This document shows, piece by piece, positions 39,758 to 52,615 of a stretch of 64,000 nt of DNA. The DNA comes from Adineta vaga (Eukaryota; Animalia; Rotifera): NCBI GenBank assembly GCA_021613535.1, contig CP075494.1:3968001-4032000 (forward strand), given 5' to 3'. Made by a program: the position numbers and the translations under genes. The notes under the pieces were generated by a model. It was not told where the DNA came from, did not search any database, and worked only from the letters and a program-made list of their open reading frames with translations. Each line of letters starts with the position of its first letter. The first letter of the stretch is position 1.

Positions 39758-40747
39758 ATGTCGGCTGATGAGGAAATTCTTCGTCTTCAAACAATCTCGA
39801 AAGTTTTTGAGGGTCATGTAATGCTCGCTCTTATTGTCATAGGGACAGTGGGCAATTTATTGAATATTTTTGTTTTCATACGTCTTAAAATACTTCGTCA
39901 AATGCCAAATTCTATCTTCATGATTGGTTCATTCATTGGCAGTCTAATATTATTATGGTCATCTCGTGTTCCTCGTTGCATACTTAACCTCACCGGGATT
40001 GATCCACTCGTAGGTTCAATTGTCTATTGTAAAATTCGATGGTTGTTTGGACGTTGGGGTCTCAACATGCCCTTTACGTGCATCTGTTTAGCAAGTATCG
40101 ATCGTTTTTTGATAACTTCACGCAATGTACGTTATCGTCGTTATTTTACTCTACAACGAGCTTACATTATGGTGATCACATTTAGTCTTGTTTATTTAGC
40201 CATCTGTATTCCAGATGCTATTTACTATTCGGTGTATTCATGTATAGCATCAGCTAAAGATCGTGCTATGTACAAAGATTTCATTACTTATTTTAATTTG
40301 ATTGTCACCAATATTTTGTCAATGACCGTTCTCGGTACTTTTGGTTTACTTACATGGTACAATCTTTGGTCCACGAGAGGTGTTGGGCGTAATCATCTGC
40401 AACATCAAGTTAATAAAATGATGGTTATTGAATTTACTATGGCATTTATTACTACATTACCCAATTTTACATACAACATTTATTCTCAAGCTACTCAATC
40501 AATAGTAAAATCTCAATTAAGATTAGCACAAGACAGCTTTTGGTCAACTGTTAGTGTTATAATAAGTTTTACAATTCATATAGGAACATTCTACATGTAT
40601 ATGATTGTGTCTCCTGCATATAGACGAAACGTACGAACAGCTTTGTGTTTTAAAAAACAAAATCATATTTCGACACAACAAATACAAATACAAAATGGAA
40701 GAACAGGTCAAACTATCGGCACCATTGCTACTCGTAATCGTTCATAA
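39758..40747 (+). CDS. Class A GPCR, intronless
   Basis: GNLLN, YCKIR, ASIDRF, LP in TM6, FYMY...SPAYR. Confidence 0.9.
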   Translation: MSADEEILRLQTISKVFEGHVMLALIVIGTVGNLLNIFVFIRLKILRQMPNSIFMIGSFIGSLILLWSSRVPRCILNLTGIDPLVGSIVYCKIRWLFGRWGLNMPFTCICLASIDRFLITSRNVRYRRYFTLQRAYIMVITFSLVYLAICIPDAIYYSVYSCIASAKDRAMYKDFITYFNLIVTNILSMTVLGTFGLLTWYNLWSTRGVGRNHLQHQVNKMMVIEFTMAFITTLPNFTYNIYSQATQSIVKSQLRLAQDSFWSTVSVIISFTIHIGTFYMYMIVSPAYRRNVRTALCFKKQNHISTQQIQIQNGRTGQTIGTIATRNRS

Positions 40748-40997
40748 TTAATTAAACAATCACCTTTTTCGGTTCAAAATTTTGCCTTTCGAAACAATTT
40801 TTTGTTTGAAATAAAATTTCAAAAAATGATTCTTCATTGTATTCGTTTTTTTCCTATGCAATTCATTATCAGTCACCTTGTTGTTAAATTCTGTGTATTG
40901 CATCAGCAATTGCGCAAGAATTACATCATTACAGTTCGATGTATATATTCAGCTAATTTGAAGATTTCATTCATTTTATAACTATTTCTTATTGTAT

Positions 40998-41422
40998 ATG
41001 ACAAATGACGACTTAACTCAATTTCGTTCAGCCGATCCGTTCGCCAATACGACTGCAGAGGATGCGTCGAATATTGGAAACGGTGGAGCAATTGGTCAAC
41101 GTAGCTCGAATACAGTTCATATTCGTATTCAACAACAAAATCGTACAAAAAATGTCACTACCATTCAAGTAAGTTTTTTCTATTTCTTGTAAATCATTGA
41201 TTCCATGTTCGATTTTGCACATAGGGTATAGATGAACAATTTGATAAACGGCTACTTTTGCGTGATTTCAAAAAGAACTTTGCATGTAATGGTACTATTG
41301 CGAAAGTTAAAGAATACGGTGAAGTTATTCAATTACAAGGTGATAAACGACTTGATGTGAGTCAATTTCTGACAGACGTGAAGATGTATTCAGCCGATCA
41401 AATTAAAGTTCACGGTTTTTGA
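40998..41422 (+). CDS. eIF1: Translation initiation factor eIF1/SUI1 family protein (divergent), 2 exons
   Basis: DPFA, VHIRIQQ, TTIQG, KKNFACNGTI, EYGEVIQLQGD, IKVHGF-stop; intron 41169-41224. Confidence 0.9.
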
Positions 41423-41567
41423 ATTTACTCTTGCTTGTACTATGGGTGTGATTGAATTATTTTCATGTAATCTTTATCCACCTCCGAAAAGAATATGATA
41501 TCTAATTTATGTTTCAATTAATAAAAATCTTTTTTATTTGAATATTATAGATATAGAATGTTTTTAT

Positions 41568-42038
41568 TTATATATATTGTTGTATAATCGCATTGATAAG
41601 ATGTTTGATATGTTCATCCATGATTTGTTGATTAACGATTTGTTGAATGAATTGAAGTAATTCTTTGTTACCTTGTAAATCGGCTGTTACTGGAATTTTC
41701 ATATCGGAAAAAAATGTTTTGCAACTTTCACCTCCTGCTTTTAATTTATTCTTATTCTCTTGTTTCATAAAATAAGCGAATGTACGTGGCAAATATTCTT
41801 GTACTTGTAGTTGTTGTCGTTCATTTAACATTTCTTGCATACGATCGAGAAAACTCGCAGCTGGACCCGGTCGTGTTTCGATAATTTCACACACTATTGC
41901 AACGGCATCATGATTCGAGTTTAGATTTGAAAGTTTGAATGAATTTGATAGACCAAATGTGAGACACAACTATGAACATATGTTTTCATTTTGTTTTCAA
42001 ATAAGAACTGCACTTACAATAAGAACGATTATATTCAT
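41568..42038 (-). CDS. Small secreted helical protein of unknown function, 2 exons
   Basis: Exon 1 MNIIVLI + GTAAGT donor, continuing LCLTFGLSNS signal peptide into a 133-aa ORF with two Cys. Confidence 0.6.
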
Positions 42039-42394
42039 GATTGATTACAGTAGATAATGATTTCTTTTTTTGAATAAAATATTGTTGATTCTGTTGGCAT
42101 ATATATAGATAGATACACCTTCTCAATTGCAATTATTTGTCTATGGATAATAATCAAAGATATACAACAATCGATTATGACTAATGTATTCGAATCATAC
42201 TATTGACGCATCATATGTTTCAATTTCAAAATGAATAATAGTAATCTATATACATTGTTGTTTTCTAGAATAAATAGTTGCTTTGATATGATTGATTTGA
42301 AATATAATTTATTTTGATTATATAGTGGAAAACAACAATTTTGATACAAAACGTGTAGAATGTGGTTGAGATAAAAAGTATTCTATATTCACGT

Positions 42395-43402
42395 TTACGC
42401 ACACCTAACCTTTGTTAAAGTCTTCGTAACAGGTTGTTGAGGAGCATTAACTCGTCTATTCCGTCGCCTACAATAATGGATGATCTTTCTTATTCGATCA
42501 CGTAAGTGTGTTATCGTACTAATGCAGGCAAATGGAATAAAAAAGATTATCCAATTGGAAAAGAACCCAGCATATCGGGTATATATTGTTGCTATATTTG
42601 ATGAAAAGCCAATTAAACGTGCAGTACCCACAATTGTAAGAGGTAAATACAAAATAAAAAAGAGCGATGTAACAGACAAGAGTTGAAGAGTCATTTTCCG
42701 ATGCTTACGCCAGTCTATGTATCGCTGTAAACGACGCTTTTGAAAGACGACGCGTAAAATAAGAAAAAAGCTGCCAAATCCAATCATCGAAGATGACAAT
42801 AGTCCACCAGTCATAAATTCATATATATTGAAAGCTTTACTCTCGTATATACAACTGTAATAACCACAATAGGGAACAAAATAAGAAAATCCTCTATTGC
42901 AATTATTCATAGGAGTAACAATACCATAAAGTAATATACCATAAGTAACGATAAATGCTAATGGTATGTAATGAATAAGCCAACGTCTCTTCTTTGTTGC
43001 AATCCATCCACTATGAAATATTAAAATATGTCGTTCTATTGATGCCCATCCCATAAGTTTTGCTACTGTACTATATATAGTTGTATCAATAAATTTCCAA
43101 ACCATACAAAATGCTGGCGTTGGAATCCATACAACTTCAAACATATAAACTTGCAATATCCACGGAGCAACTGTCATATCCCATATAAGACATATAGAAA
43201 GAAGAACAATCATCACATGATTTTGAAGACCACGACGAAGAGTTGAATCTAATAATAAGTGACCAAGAACGAACAGACAACAAGCTATTGATAAGATATC
43301 TGAAATGAGCAATAACCATACACGACCAGTGTATGATATAGCAATACCATCATTGAATACAAATTTTAATGTATCAACAGAATTGTTGCTTGATGCCGAC
43401 AT
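42395..43402 (-). CDS. Class A GPCR, intronless
   Basis: FCMVW, WASIERHILIF, HYIP, WRKHRKMTLQLLS, YLP, PFAC; probable ATG at 43402. Confidence 0.88.
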   Translation of the reverse strand: MSASSNNSVDTLKFVFNDGIAISYTGRVWLLLISDILSIACCLFVLGHLLLDSTLRRGLQNHVMIVLLSICLIWDMTVAPWILQVYMFEVVWIPTPAFCMVWKFIDTTIYSTVAKLMGWASIERHILIFHSGWIATKKRRWLIHYIPLAFIVTYGILLYGIVTPMNNCNRGFSYFVPYCGYYSCIYESKAFNIYEFMTGGLLSSSMIGFGSFFLILRVVFQKRRLQRYIDWRKHRKMTLQLLSVTSLFFILYLPLTIVGTARLIGFSSNIATIYTRYAGFFSNWIIFFIPFACISTITHLRDRIRKIIHYCRRRNRRVNAPQQPVTKTLTKVRCA

Positions 43403-44359
43403 TCTTCGAAGTACAGAATATACAAATGAATGGTGTATCAACATAAAGTGCTGCTTGTTAAATATAAAAGTCAAAACGATATTGTTAATGATGTAGATCA
43501 TTAGTGTGGAATATCAAACAATCAAATTAAATAAGCGGTATGCATATTCATTAGTATTTTGAAATTTGGTCTTTGGATGTTACTAAAATAAATTCAATCA
43601 TTAAATACGTTTTGAAAATAAAAATATGTATCTTGTTGTGAAATAAGAACTATATCGACTTTTTCTATACTTCTTAATAGAATCAACCATGATTGATACA
43701 AAGAAAGCTATTATTTCAATTTTCGATTCTTTGTCGTTTCCGTAAATTATGCAATTTAATGTACTTTCTTGTAGATGATGATATACAAAGTGAAAATGAA
43801 AGTATAAAAGATATGTGATAGACGAAATTATAGCTATATAATAGTATGACTATGATGATTATGAGAAAATGATTTCGAGAATAATATCGGACAATTTCAT
43901 AGAACATTACTTTTTTATCTGTTAATGACTTTCACAAATACTGTGGCGGCTTAATTTTCCTTTATAATATATCACGAATTTAACTATAATGGTTGATTAA
44001 AAAATCTTTGATCTTTTAAATTATTGAACTATAAAAAAATAAACTAATGAGTTTTTCCATTTATTATGTAAATCAGGTCACCACTTATAAATATGAAAAA
44101 GAATATTGTGCTATATACATATACAACAAAAACAATTTTTTAATATTAGCTCGCTTGTATATTATATCCTCTTTTTATTCCTGTTAATGAATTTCTAATG
44201 TATGACCTCTTTGGTTTTTATAATAAATATTTGTTGAATCCTTAAAACAAGGCATCACATAACACTGATTGCTGTTAGAATAACTTTTAAATTATAAAGA
44301 GTACCTTTTTTGTTTTATTTTAATACGAAATTTTGGGTACTAAATATATTAATAAAAGC

Positions 44360-44642
44360 TCAAGATGCAAAAATAATTGTAATAATTAATATTTGATATA
44401 ACAGCATAAGAAACAATTGATGATTATTGGAACGTAAACGTGCACTTCGTCTATGTTCTTCTCTTGGAACAAGACGATTACGACTTAAACGCGAACATTT
44501 AAATATGTTAATATACCGAAAATACTTGTAAATACAATGAGCATGAATTTGTAAGTAGTGTCCGACGAATAGATATGGCGATATTAAAAACATTTCCAAT
44601 TGTTCCAAAAGCAATAGCAATGACTGAATTAAGACGATTCAT
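44360..44642 (-). pseudogene. GPCR remnant with large internal deletion
   Basis: TM1 (FGTIGNVFNI...NSCSLY) joined out of frame directly to ICL3/TM6 (NHQLFLMLLYQI). Confidence 0.6.
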
Positions 44643-45916
44643 CCAAAGTGTAATTGTATTCAAAAATAAAAGAATATGAATAAATGAGTAAAATATCAAG
44701 CGTCTCAATTTTGTGAGAACTTTAAATACCGAAGTTAATTAATATAAAAATTGAGTAAAGGCCAAAGTAACAGGTCGTCATCATGAAAAAAAAGAATCTA
44801 CGTTTAGTGGCATTGTCTGGAAATAGCTAGATGTAAAATATATTTGATGCGATGAAGGCAAAAGACCTGTCTAATCTGTGCATGATGAAATTTATCATAA
44901 AGCTTTTTTCAATTTCATGATTTCGTCAGAGTATAATTAAAAATTCTTTTGTTATTTATTAATCCATATTTCATTAGTAACAAACTTATGTAGTACAGAT
45001 TTGTAAAACTATTGAAGTATGCAATGATATGAAAGAGATTGAAAATATGAGATTTGAAGTGATTACGTAAGATGGAATCTTGAAGATGAAGATGTACACG
45101 AATGAAAGAAATTACCATACGAGATATTTTACAATACGATTACCTTTACATGTTTATATTTGTGTAATAGAAATGAGTAATACAATTTCATTTTGTCTAA
45201 TCGATATATCACCTACTGATGATATTTCTGATATGTACGAAAGATTTAAAAAAAAACTTTGTCTACAGTTTCTTCTATATTCGTGTGCCTTTGTTCGAAG
45301 AAAACAAATGAGCTATGACTAATCACATTGATATGCGATAAAAAGTTATATTCTATGTATGTTTTATTTCTTCAATGCAAGATTTGAATCGCAGTGTAAC
45401 TGAAGATAGAGATGTCAACAATCGAAATGATTTATCACATGAATTTGATGCAAAACATCCTAGTTTAGAAAATCATCAGAATCAGCGTACTTCCATCAGC
45501 GGAACTAATCCATCATTTGTAACATTCGATGATCTTAGTAATTTTCAGAAACTAGATATGATTGTAACAAATTCAAGATCAAACGACGTATCGATTTTTC
45601 ATAACTAATATTAATTATCAATGAGCAATGTTTCATATGTATTGGCTAATTTCCTTTGTACGTGCACAATTTATTTGATTTGCAAATTTGACTTCCTCTT
45701 TCCAGTATACTGAGTGAAACATTTTCATTCTCTATTTGTTGTCAAAATGAATCACGAAGGAGGTAAACTTACAACAGAATCTTCCGTTCTTCTCTTACGG
45801 CGTTAGTATACTAGAAAAAGATATTGTTTTTATTCCAACTTCAGTGAAATTGAAAATATTTCAAAGATTTTTGTTTGGTATTGATTCATACAATGACTGA
45901 CCAAAAAATGTAAGTA

Positions 45917-46800
45917 TTGACAAAAACAAAACAGCTTCAAAAATCATATTTCTTATCGTTATTACATAGACTGTCAATAAGTTCTTTTGAAGATTTATCT
46001 AATGAAATTCTTTATGACATATTCGAATATCTTGACATTTTTAACTTATACCAAATATCACATTTGAACATTCGGTTTCGTAATCTTTTATATCATGCAT
46101 CATTTTTTCTCAAATATCAATGATACATTGACAAATTTACCAAATCTTTCTTTTGAGTCATTTGAAAATCTTATAAAATTAATCTGTAAACAATTGCAAA
46201 TATTTCGTTCCACTTCACCAAATCGAACTTTCTTCGATACTGATGAACGGGGACGATTGAGGATTCGACAACAAATCAATTGTTTTACTTCATCATTTTG
46301 GTTTGAACGACAATCGATAGTTAAAATACAGATTAATAATGCTCAGAATATTATTTATCTAATTCAACTACGAAAACAAGAGAAAAACAAATCTACAAAT
46401 GCATATTGTGTTACACTACATCTTTCAGATCGATGAAATCAATTATTCGTTGATTTTGTTACATATCTTGATAGTAATATGACCATAACTTATTTAAATA
46501 CTGATCGAAAAGAGATATTTCTTCTAACATTACTTAAACTTCTACAAGGTTTATCTTTATTATCATCACATTTGGCGAATGAATATACTAAACGAACAGA
46601 AATGATTTCTAACATATCGAAAAACAATAAAATTCGAAGAATTATTCTTCCAAAAGTGTGTGATATGGTAGAAATTGATCTTTTTATTAATCTTTGTCCT
46701 TGTATGGAGTATCTACATATTGAACATATGTCTCGAACAGATCTTTTGTCTTTATTATGATTTATTTCAACAAAACAACATAAGAATTATATTTCTTATA
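45917..46800 (+). pseudogene. F-box/LRR pseudogene
   Basis: ISSFEDLSNEILYDIFEYLD...LNIRFRNLL F-box; FTSSFWFER; LCPCMEYL; fragmented frames. Confidence 0.65.
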
Positions 46801-46931
46801 TTCGTCTATTTATTAATTGTAGAATTACATGTACCAATAGTGTAATAAGTATTCTTTTCTTGAAAATAGGTTTGTTATATTTTTCTATGTAACAATTTGA
46901 GAGAAATAAAAAAAAACGAATATCCTTTCTG

Positions 46932-46971
46932 TTGAGGGTGTGGCTGTAGTTTTAACCATCGCACCTTCAAG
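46932..46971. repeat. Telomere-like inverted-arm element (minimal, 40 bp)
   Basis: ttgagggtgtggctgtagttttaaccatcgcaccttcaag. Confidence 0.7.
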
Positions 46972-47432
46972 ATTCTATTTTCTAGAGTCAAGTGAGTGTG
47001 TGAATATTTCTTCTATGCCCATAATACTCTGAAGGTACTTTTCTGAGCTGAACAAATCTGTTTTCGAACATACTTTGAAATTAAAATTAGAAAAATATCG
47101 ACATAGTTGGAGAGCTCTCCATATTTCATTGGAGCTCAACCAAATGGAAAGTTAGAAGTAAAAAGCTTTCGAACAGTTGTAATAATGCTCTCGTGTCAGT
47201 AGATTAACATGGAAGTGCTTCGCATCAGTGACTAAAATAATGCGACGCTATGTACTCTTAAAATGTGAAAATGTGTGAGACACGAGGTATTTTTACTAGG
47301 TACGTCGATCAGTCAAAGAACGAGAAAAAAAACTGGGGAGTGCACCCATGATCGATTGCTTTTTTCGCGTTATAAAAAGCAAAATACGTCTGGTATTTTT
47401 AACTAAATTCGTCCTTAGTATTATATTCATTA

Positions 47433-48320
47433 ATGGCGACTATTGAAGGTACGTATAACTAGCTTTTTTTGTTGTTTCGAATGAGAACGTTAAAATATCG
47501 AATAAGAGATTAATTGAGATCTGTCTATAAATATAACAGGTTTGAGAACTTTGAAAAATTAGTCATCAGATTATTCTCACAATTCTTTTATTTCTAAAAG
47601 TAATAATCGTGCATTGCTAAACAATAGTACTAAAGAAGATCCTAGCGCTTCTAGCGTACCCATACAATGTCTATCGAACTAATCATTCATTACCTATTGT
47701 TATTTTTTTATGAGCGATAAAGTGAATTTAATGCGTATTTCTATTATTCAGTTACAAATACGATATTCATCGATGGAAAACGGCTCGGTGGAGATGGTGG
47801 AACAAGTTTCGATGATGCCAAAGACTTATCTTTAACAACAACTGGTTCAAATCGTCATTGCTGTGTACAAATCGAACTTCACTGGGATCGAGGATATGAT
47901 AAAAAACTGACGTCTATTTGTTTCTATTATGCAACAGCAAAATGTAAACTTAATCGTTACGGGAAACATCGCGGTCGTGATCGAGGACAAGTTGATTCAT
48001 TAGACTTGAATCAGGATATTTTTATTCTCAAAGATAATGATCATATTGAAAAGATAGATGTTTACGTTGGAAAACGAAAACGATACGAATGGTATCCGAA
48101 AACTATATCGATCATTACAGCTATTCAATTTTTCACTGTCAAAGGAGAAGTCAGTGAAATATTCGGATCAACTGAAGATGCCGAAAAAACAACAGAATAT
48201 TTTCCTGGTTACATATTTGCCTATGCGAAAGGTAGATCAGGCTTATGGATTGATAGATTGCAGTTTGTATGGATTAATACACAAGAAAAAACATCATCAG
48301 ACCGAATTGAATACTTTTGA
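47433..48320 (+). CDS. Jacalin-like lectin domain protein, 2 exons
   Basis: GGDGGTSFDD, ITAIQFFT, GRSGLWIDRLQFVW; exon 1 MATIE + GT donor, acceptor at 47751, in frame with ORF 48006. Confidence 0.8.
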
Positions 48321-49564
48321 GAGACAGAATTTTCAAATATATGTTTAAACCTTTTTCATTCGTTTAAAGATTTCATCGATTGTTTTGTTCATTAGATGAT
48401 TATTTAATTTCTCGTGTTTTCCATCAATCCAAACACATAAAAAAGATAATTTCGATCATATTTTTTCCTAAATAAAATAAGAAAAAAAAGAAGTTCTTCG
48501 ATACATATACATTCTTATATGTTTCGAAATACAAGAGATAGAAAGTTTTAAAAAAAACGACGGATGTCAGGAAATGGATCAAACAAGACATGCAGTTTTT
48601 AAAGTTTGATCAAATAACTATTCTTTGTAAACAGCGTTGTATATATCATTCAGTTAGTTTATATGACCTTTTTCTACTAACAAACAGGGCATCTTCTCAA
48701 TCTATTTCGACAAAGAACAGTCAAAATAACAATAACAGAAGATTTTAGTCATTCATGTAATGACTAATACACAAGGAAAACAAGGAGAGATTGATCAAGC
48801 ATCTACCACTTCAAAGGAAACAGTACAGGAATCTAGAAGAATCTGAAAGTCGATTAGAAAGGAAAGATATATATATATAATCATTCACGTTTTGACTCCC
48901 AGTATAGATTTATCCATTTTTCTTCCATTTAGGACAACATCGTGATGTTGGAAGTGTAAGCAAGCGCATTAGTGGTGTTATTTAACAAATTGATATCTTA
49001 TTCATAATCTAACAAAAAAATTTTCAGAAACCGTTTTCATTTAAAACATTTATATTCAAGAAATTTCGAATGTCATTTTCAATGCTTTTATAATAAATAC
49101 TTATTTGTAATTCATTTTAATCTCATTTTCTATTGTATTTTGATAGTATTTCTATTAATACATTTCACAAATCAATCGAAATGAGAGGGAAGAAAAGGAT
49201 ATGTCTAAACTGCACATGTGTAATCATGAAACTTTATTTCATAGTCATTTTAGTTTCACATTCACTACATGATACATTGTGCTCTGTTTTCTCTCTTGAC
49301 AAACATTTCATCGACGATGCCGATGACAAACAGCGAAAAATAAATTTATTTTCTAACGGCCATCGATGACATCGGGAAACGATGTTTGTTTTTTTCTAAC
49401 AAGAAGAAATCAGTTGCATTTTGAATCGTTCGACTTCTTCAAGAAATTACAGCTCGAGTGAATGTGTTTGTTTTTTATAAGAAGAACTTGAGCAAGGTCA
49501 GATATTGTTCCAATTTGATTCAATATCTATTACATATTTGTTATCTTGAAAACATTAGAAACCA

Positions 49565-51187
49565 ATGGAAGAAACAAAAAATAGACATGGTCGCCGTCGA
49601 TCTATCATTCGTGATTCTTGTTTGAATACATCCGCTTATGGTTTATCACGTGTTGCTCGTTCAAGTAGTATGTTGGGTCGCTTTTTCTGGTTGATATCTT
49701 TCCTGGGTTTTACCGCTGTCATGATTTATTTTATTGTCCGAGCAATTTTAGCTTATTTTCAATATCCAACGAAAATAGACGTAACCTATGTAAATAAATG
49801 GCCACCCTATTTTCCGGCATTTAGCTTTTGCAATCTATCACCACTTAGATCTGATAGAATTATCGATCCATTACTAAACTATAGCAATGCATTTAATTGG
49901 ACGAATAGAAATGGAACGCCAACGATTAGTGAATTTAATGCTTCTTCTATTCTTGATTTTAGTATCGATCAATTGAATAGAAACAAATCAGTAGAATCTT
50001 TCATGTTTTCACTTTCTTCAATGCTCCATTCATGTGTTTACAATAATCAACCATGTTCGACGTCTGATTTCATTCTATTTACATCAGCATCATTTGGTCT
50101 ATGTTATACATTCAATGCTAAAATGAAAAATAGTTCGACTGATAATATTCGCCTGATTAGACAGAACGGTGGTGAAGGAACACTTTCTTTAGGTATTTAT
50201 GTGCATAGTCATCAATATGTTCCTCAACTAACAGACTGTGAGTACAAAAAAATAAATTCTATTAGGTCAAATTATGTTTATCGTGTTCTTGTTTCAGCTA
50301 TCGGTCTCATAGCTTTAATTCATGACAATACGCAGTTGCCATTGATTGAAAGCGCAGGTATAGAATTGGCACCGGGACAAAAACACAGATTAAGCTATAA
50401 AGAGAAGAAGATCATGCTTCTACCTGCACCGTATTCTGATTGTGCGGATAACATGTCCATCGCAATGAAAACGACGATGGCAAACTATAATGGCGCCGAT
50501 TATGGCTATTCGGATATTGTTTGCTATGAACTTTGTCAACAGAATTATATGTAAGTAAATCTAGATCATTACATCGATGAATGATTGGTTCTTATGTATA
50601 GATTTGAAAAATGTGGCTGTGTCAATCCGAACGAGTGGAATGCTCGTTCAGTTGTTATAACGGGAACGAACAATGTTATTTATGCACCTCTCTGCAAGAC
50701 AAATAATATTTGTTACATAGAAGCCATTGATACATTTACTACTTCTTCATCGTTGACGGATAAATACTGTGCGAACTGTAAAACTCAGTGTTCATTAACA
50801 GATTATAGCATTCAAATATCGTCTTCAGCTACACCAATGGAATCTCAAATGAATAATATCAAAATGTTTGTCGAAAGTTCTACTGTTCCTTTGCCTTCAA
50901 ATTGGTCAAATACATGGCGTGAACAGATTTCTGAGAGTTATCTTCGTGTAGATGTAGTGTGTCAAACAACTATTGTGGAAACGAATATTCAGACAGCAAC
51001 ACTGGGTCCAGTGGATCTTCTTTCGAATATCGGTGGTCAAACAGGTCTATGGATTGGTGTTAGTTTTCTTTCATTGATGGAACTTATAGAAATTCTTTAT
51101 CGATTAATTCAATATCATTTCCATTCAAACCAAGTTGATTCAACAGAAAATCAAGAAAAGAATGCGACATCAACTGAGAGCATGTGA
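49565..51187 (+). CDS. DEG/ENaC (ASIC-like) sodium channel subunit, 3 exons
   Basis: TM1, FPAFSFCN, FGLCYTFN, PAPYSDC, Cys-rich thumb, LLSNIGGQTGLWIGVSFLS in TM2; introns 50238-50297 and 50551-50601. Confidence 0.92.
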
Positions 51188-51713
51188 GTGAGACTATTCA
51201 ACTTAGCAGATACATAAATTTGCTTTTTTTCAATGAGTATAATTCCTTATTCATGACAAATGCAGTGCAAAAATTGGTAACAGTGTTTCAATTCGTATAC
51301 GTAAAGATAATGTGAATGTTTTTCTCATCGTTATAATAAGTTTAAAAAAAATAATGAGAACCAATAAAAAACGAAGGTATTTCGATGAGCCAGAATAAAT
51401 ATGTCTTCAATTATAGATACGAACGAAAATATAAAGCAAACTCGAATATCTTATAACTGTATCATACAACACGCAGGTATAAGTTGGATTTTCAATATTA
51501 ATTTCACTGTAGTGTGCTGACGTATCAGGTTCATCCTTCTCTATCTCTATTGTTCTCTCTGGCATATAAATTCGTATTTATTTATAACATCTATACCAAT
51601 TAAATAGCGCCGCAAAACTACTAAAATAGTAAATTGTAAAAGTCTCGTCACCAAACGCTGAGAAAGACCTTATAATAAACGTTCTGTAAGATAAAAATAT
51701 CATATTTGAAATC

Positions 51714-52542
51714 GGCTTGTATTTATTTGAGCAATAAAAATATTGGAATGAGCAATAATTAAAACATGATTTAGCAGAAACTTTCGAGCAATAAGAAAAC
51801 ATTATATGAGCAATTTTATAATATTAAATGAACAATAAATAGTTTATTACATAACAATATTAATTTCATACTTGAGCAATAAAAAAGAAAAAAACTAAAT
51901 TATTTTTCTTTACAATTGGCAAGAAAAAAAAAGAAAAATGGAATACATATAACTAATCATTCAATTAAAAAAGCTTTTTTTGCTTTCGATGGTCTGCCTC
52001 TTTTTCTTTTTGTACCAATTTCTACATTTTTTGCCTCAGGTGGAGGTTTGCAATATTTCAATCCAATGGACATACCAATGGTGTGCTTGCAAATATAGTT
52101 TTTCATGAATGATGGACAGGTGCAAGGTATGGATGTGGGTGTCTTTGTTATATTCAGACCTACCCTCACCCTCACACCCACACTACACCCTCATCCTCAT
52201 TATTACTTGAAGATTGCATTTCCATGTCATTTTCAGAATCAGACATATAGTCTGGTACACGTTTCGATTGAGCCGTTTTGTATTGAATGAAAGGGTTATT
52301 ATTGTTCTTTTTATATACATATTGTTTTATTCAAATTAATTATTGTTCATTCCGTCTAATTATCCCTCATTCAGAATAATTATCGCCCATTCATTATATA
52401 TACTGCGCATTCATGATATTTATTGATCATTCATTATACATATTGCTCATTCAGTATATTTATTGCTCAAATTGATTATTGCTCCTTTCAATTATTCTTA
52501 TTGCTCATTCCAGTATTTTTATTGCTCATTTAAATATAAGTC
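51714..52542 (-). mobile_element. Internally deleted Mutator-like element (MULE), 829 bp
   Basis: About 45-bp imperfect TIRs (GGCTTGTATTTATTTGAGCAATAAAAATATTGGAATGAGCAATAA and its reverse complement); subterminal GAGCAATA repeats; 9-bp TSD TTTGAAATC (51705-51713, 52543-52551); SWIM-finger C-terminus CTCPSFMKNYICKH...KRKRGRP. Confidence 0.9.
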
Positions 52543-52615
52543 TTTGAAATCAACACAAAAAAACTAAATCAGATTTAATGACTCGTACTTGACTCCGACA
52601 AGACTTCAAATAGTT

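Noticed and set aside
47040-47200. Short palindromes (GGAGAGCTCTCC, GAGCTC, AAAGCTTT) suggestive of an old repeat
   Set aside because: No TIR pair or TSD could be defined.
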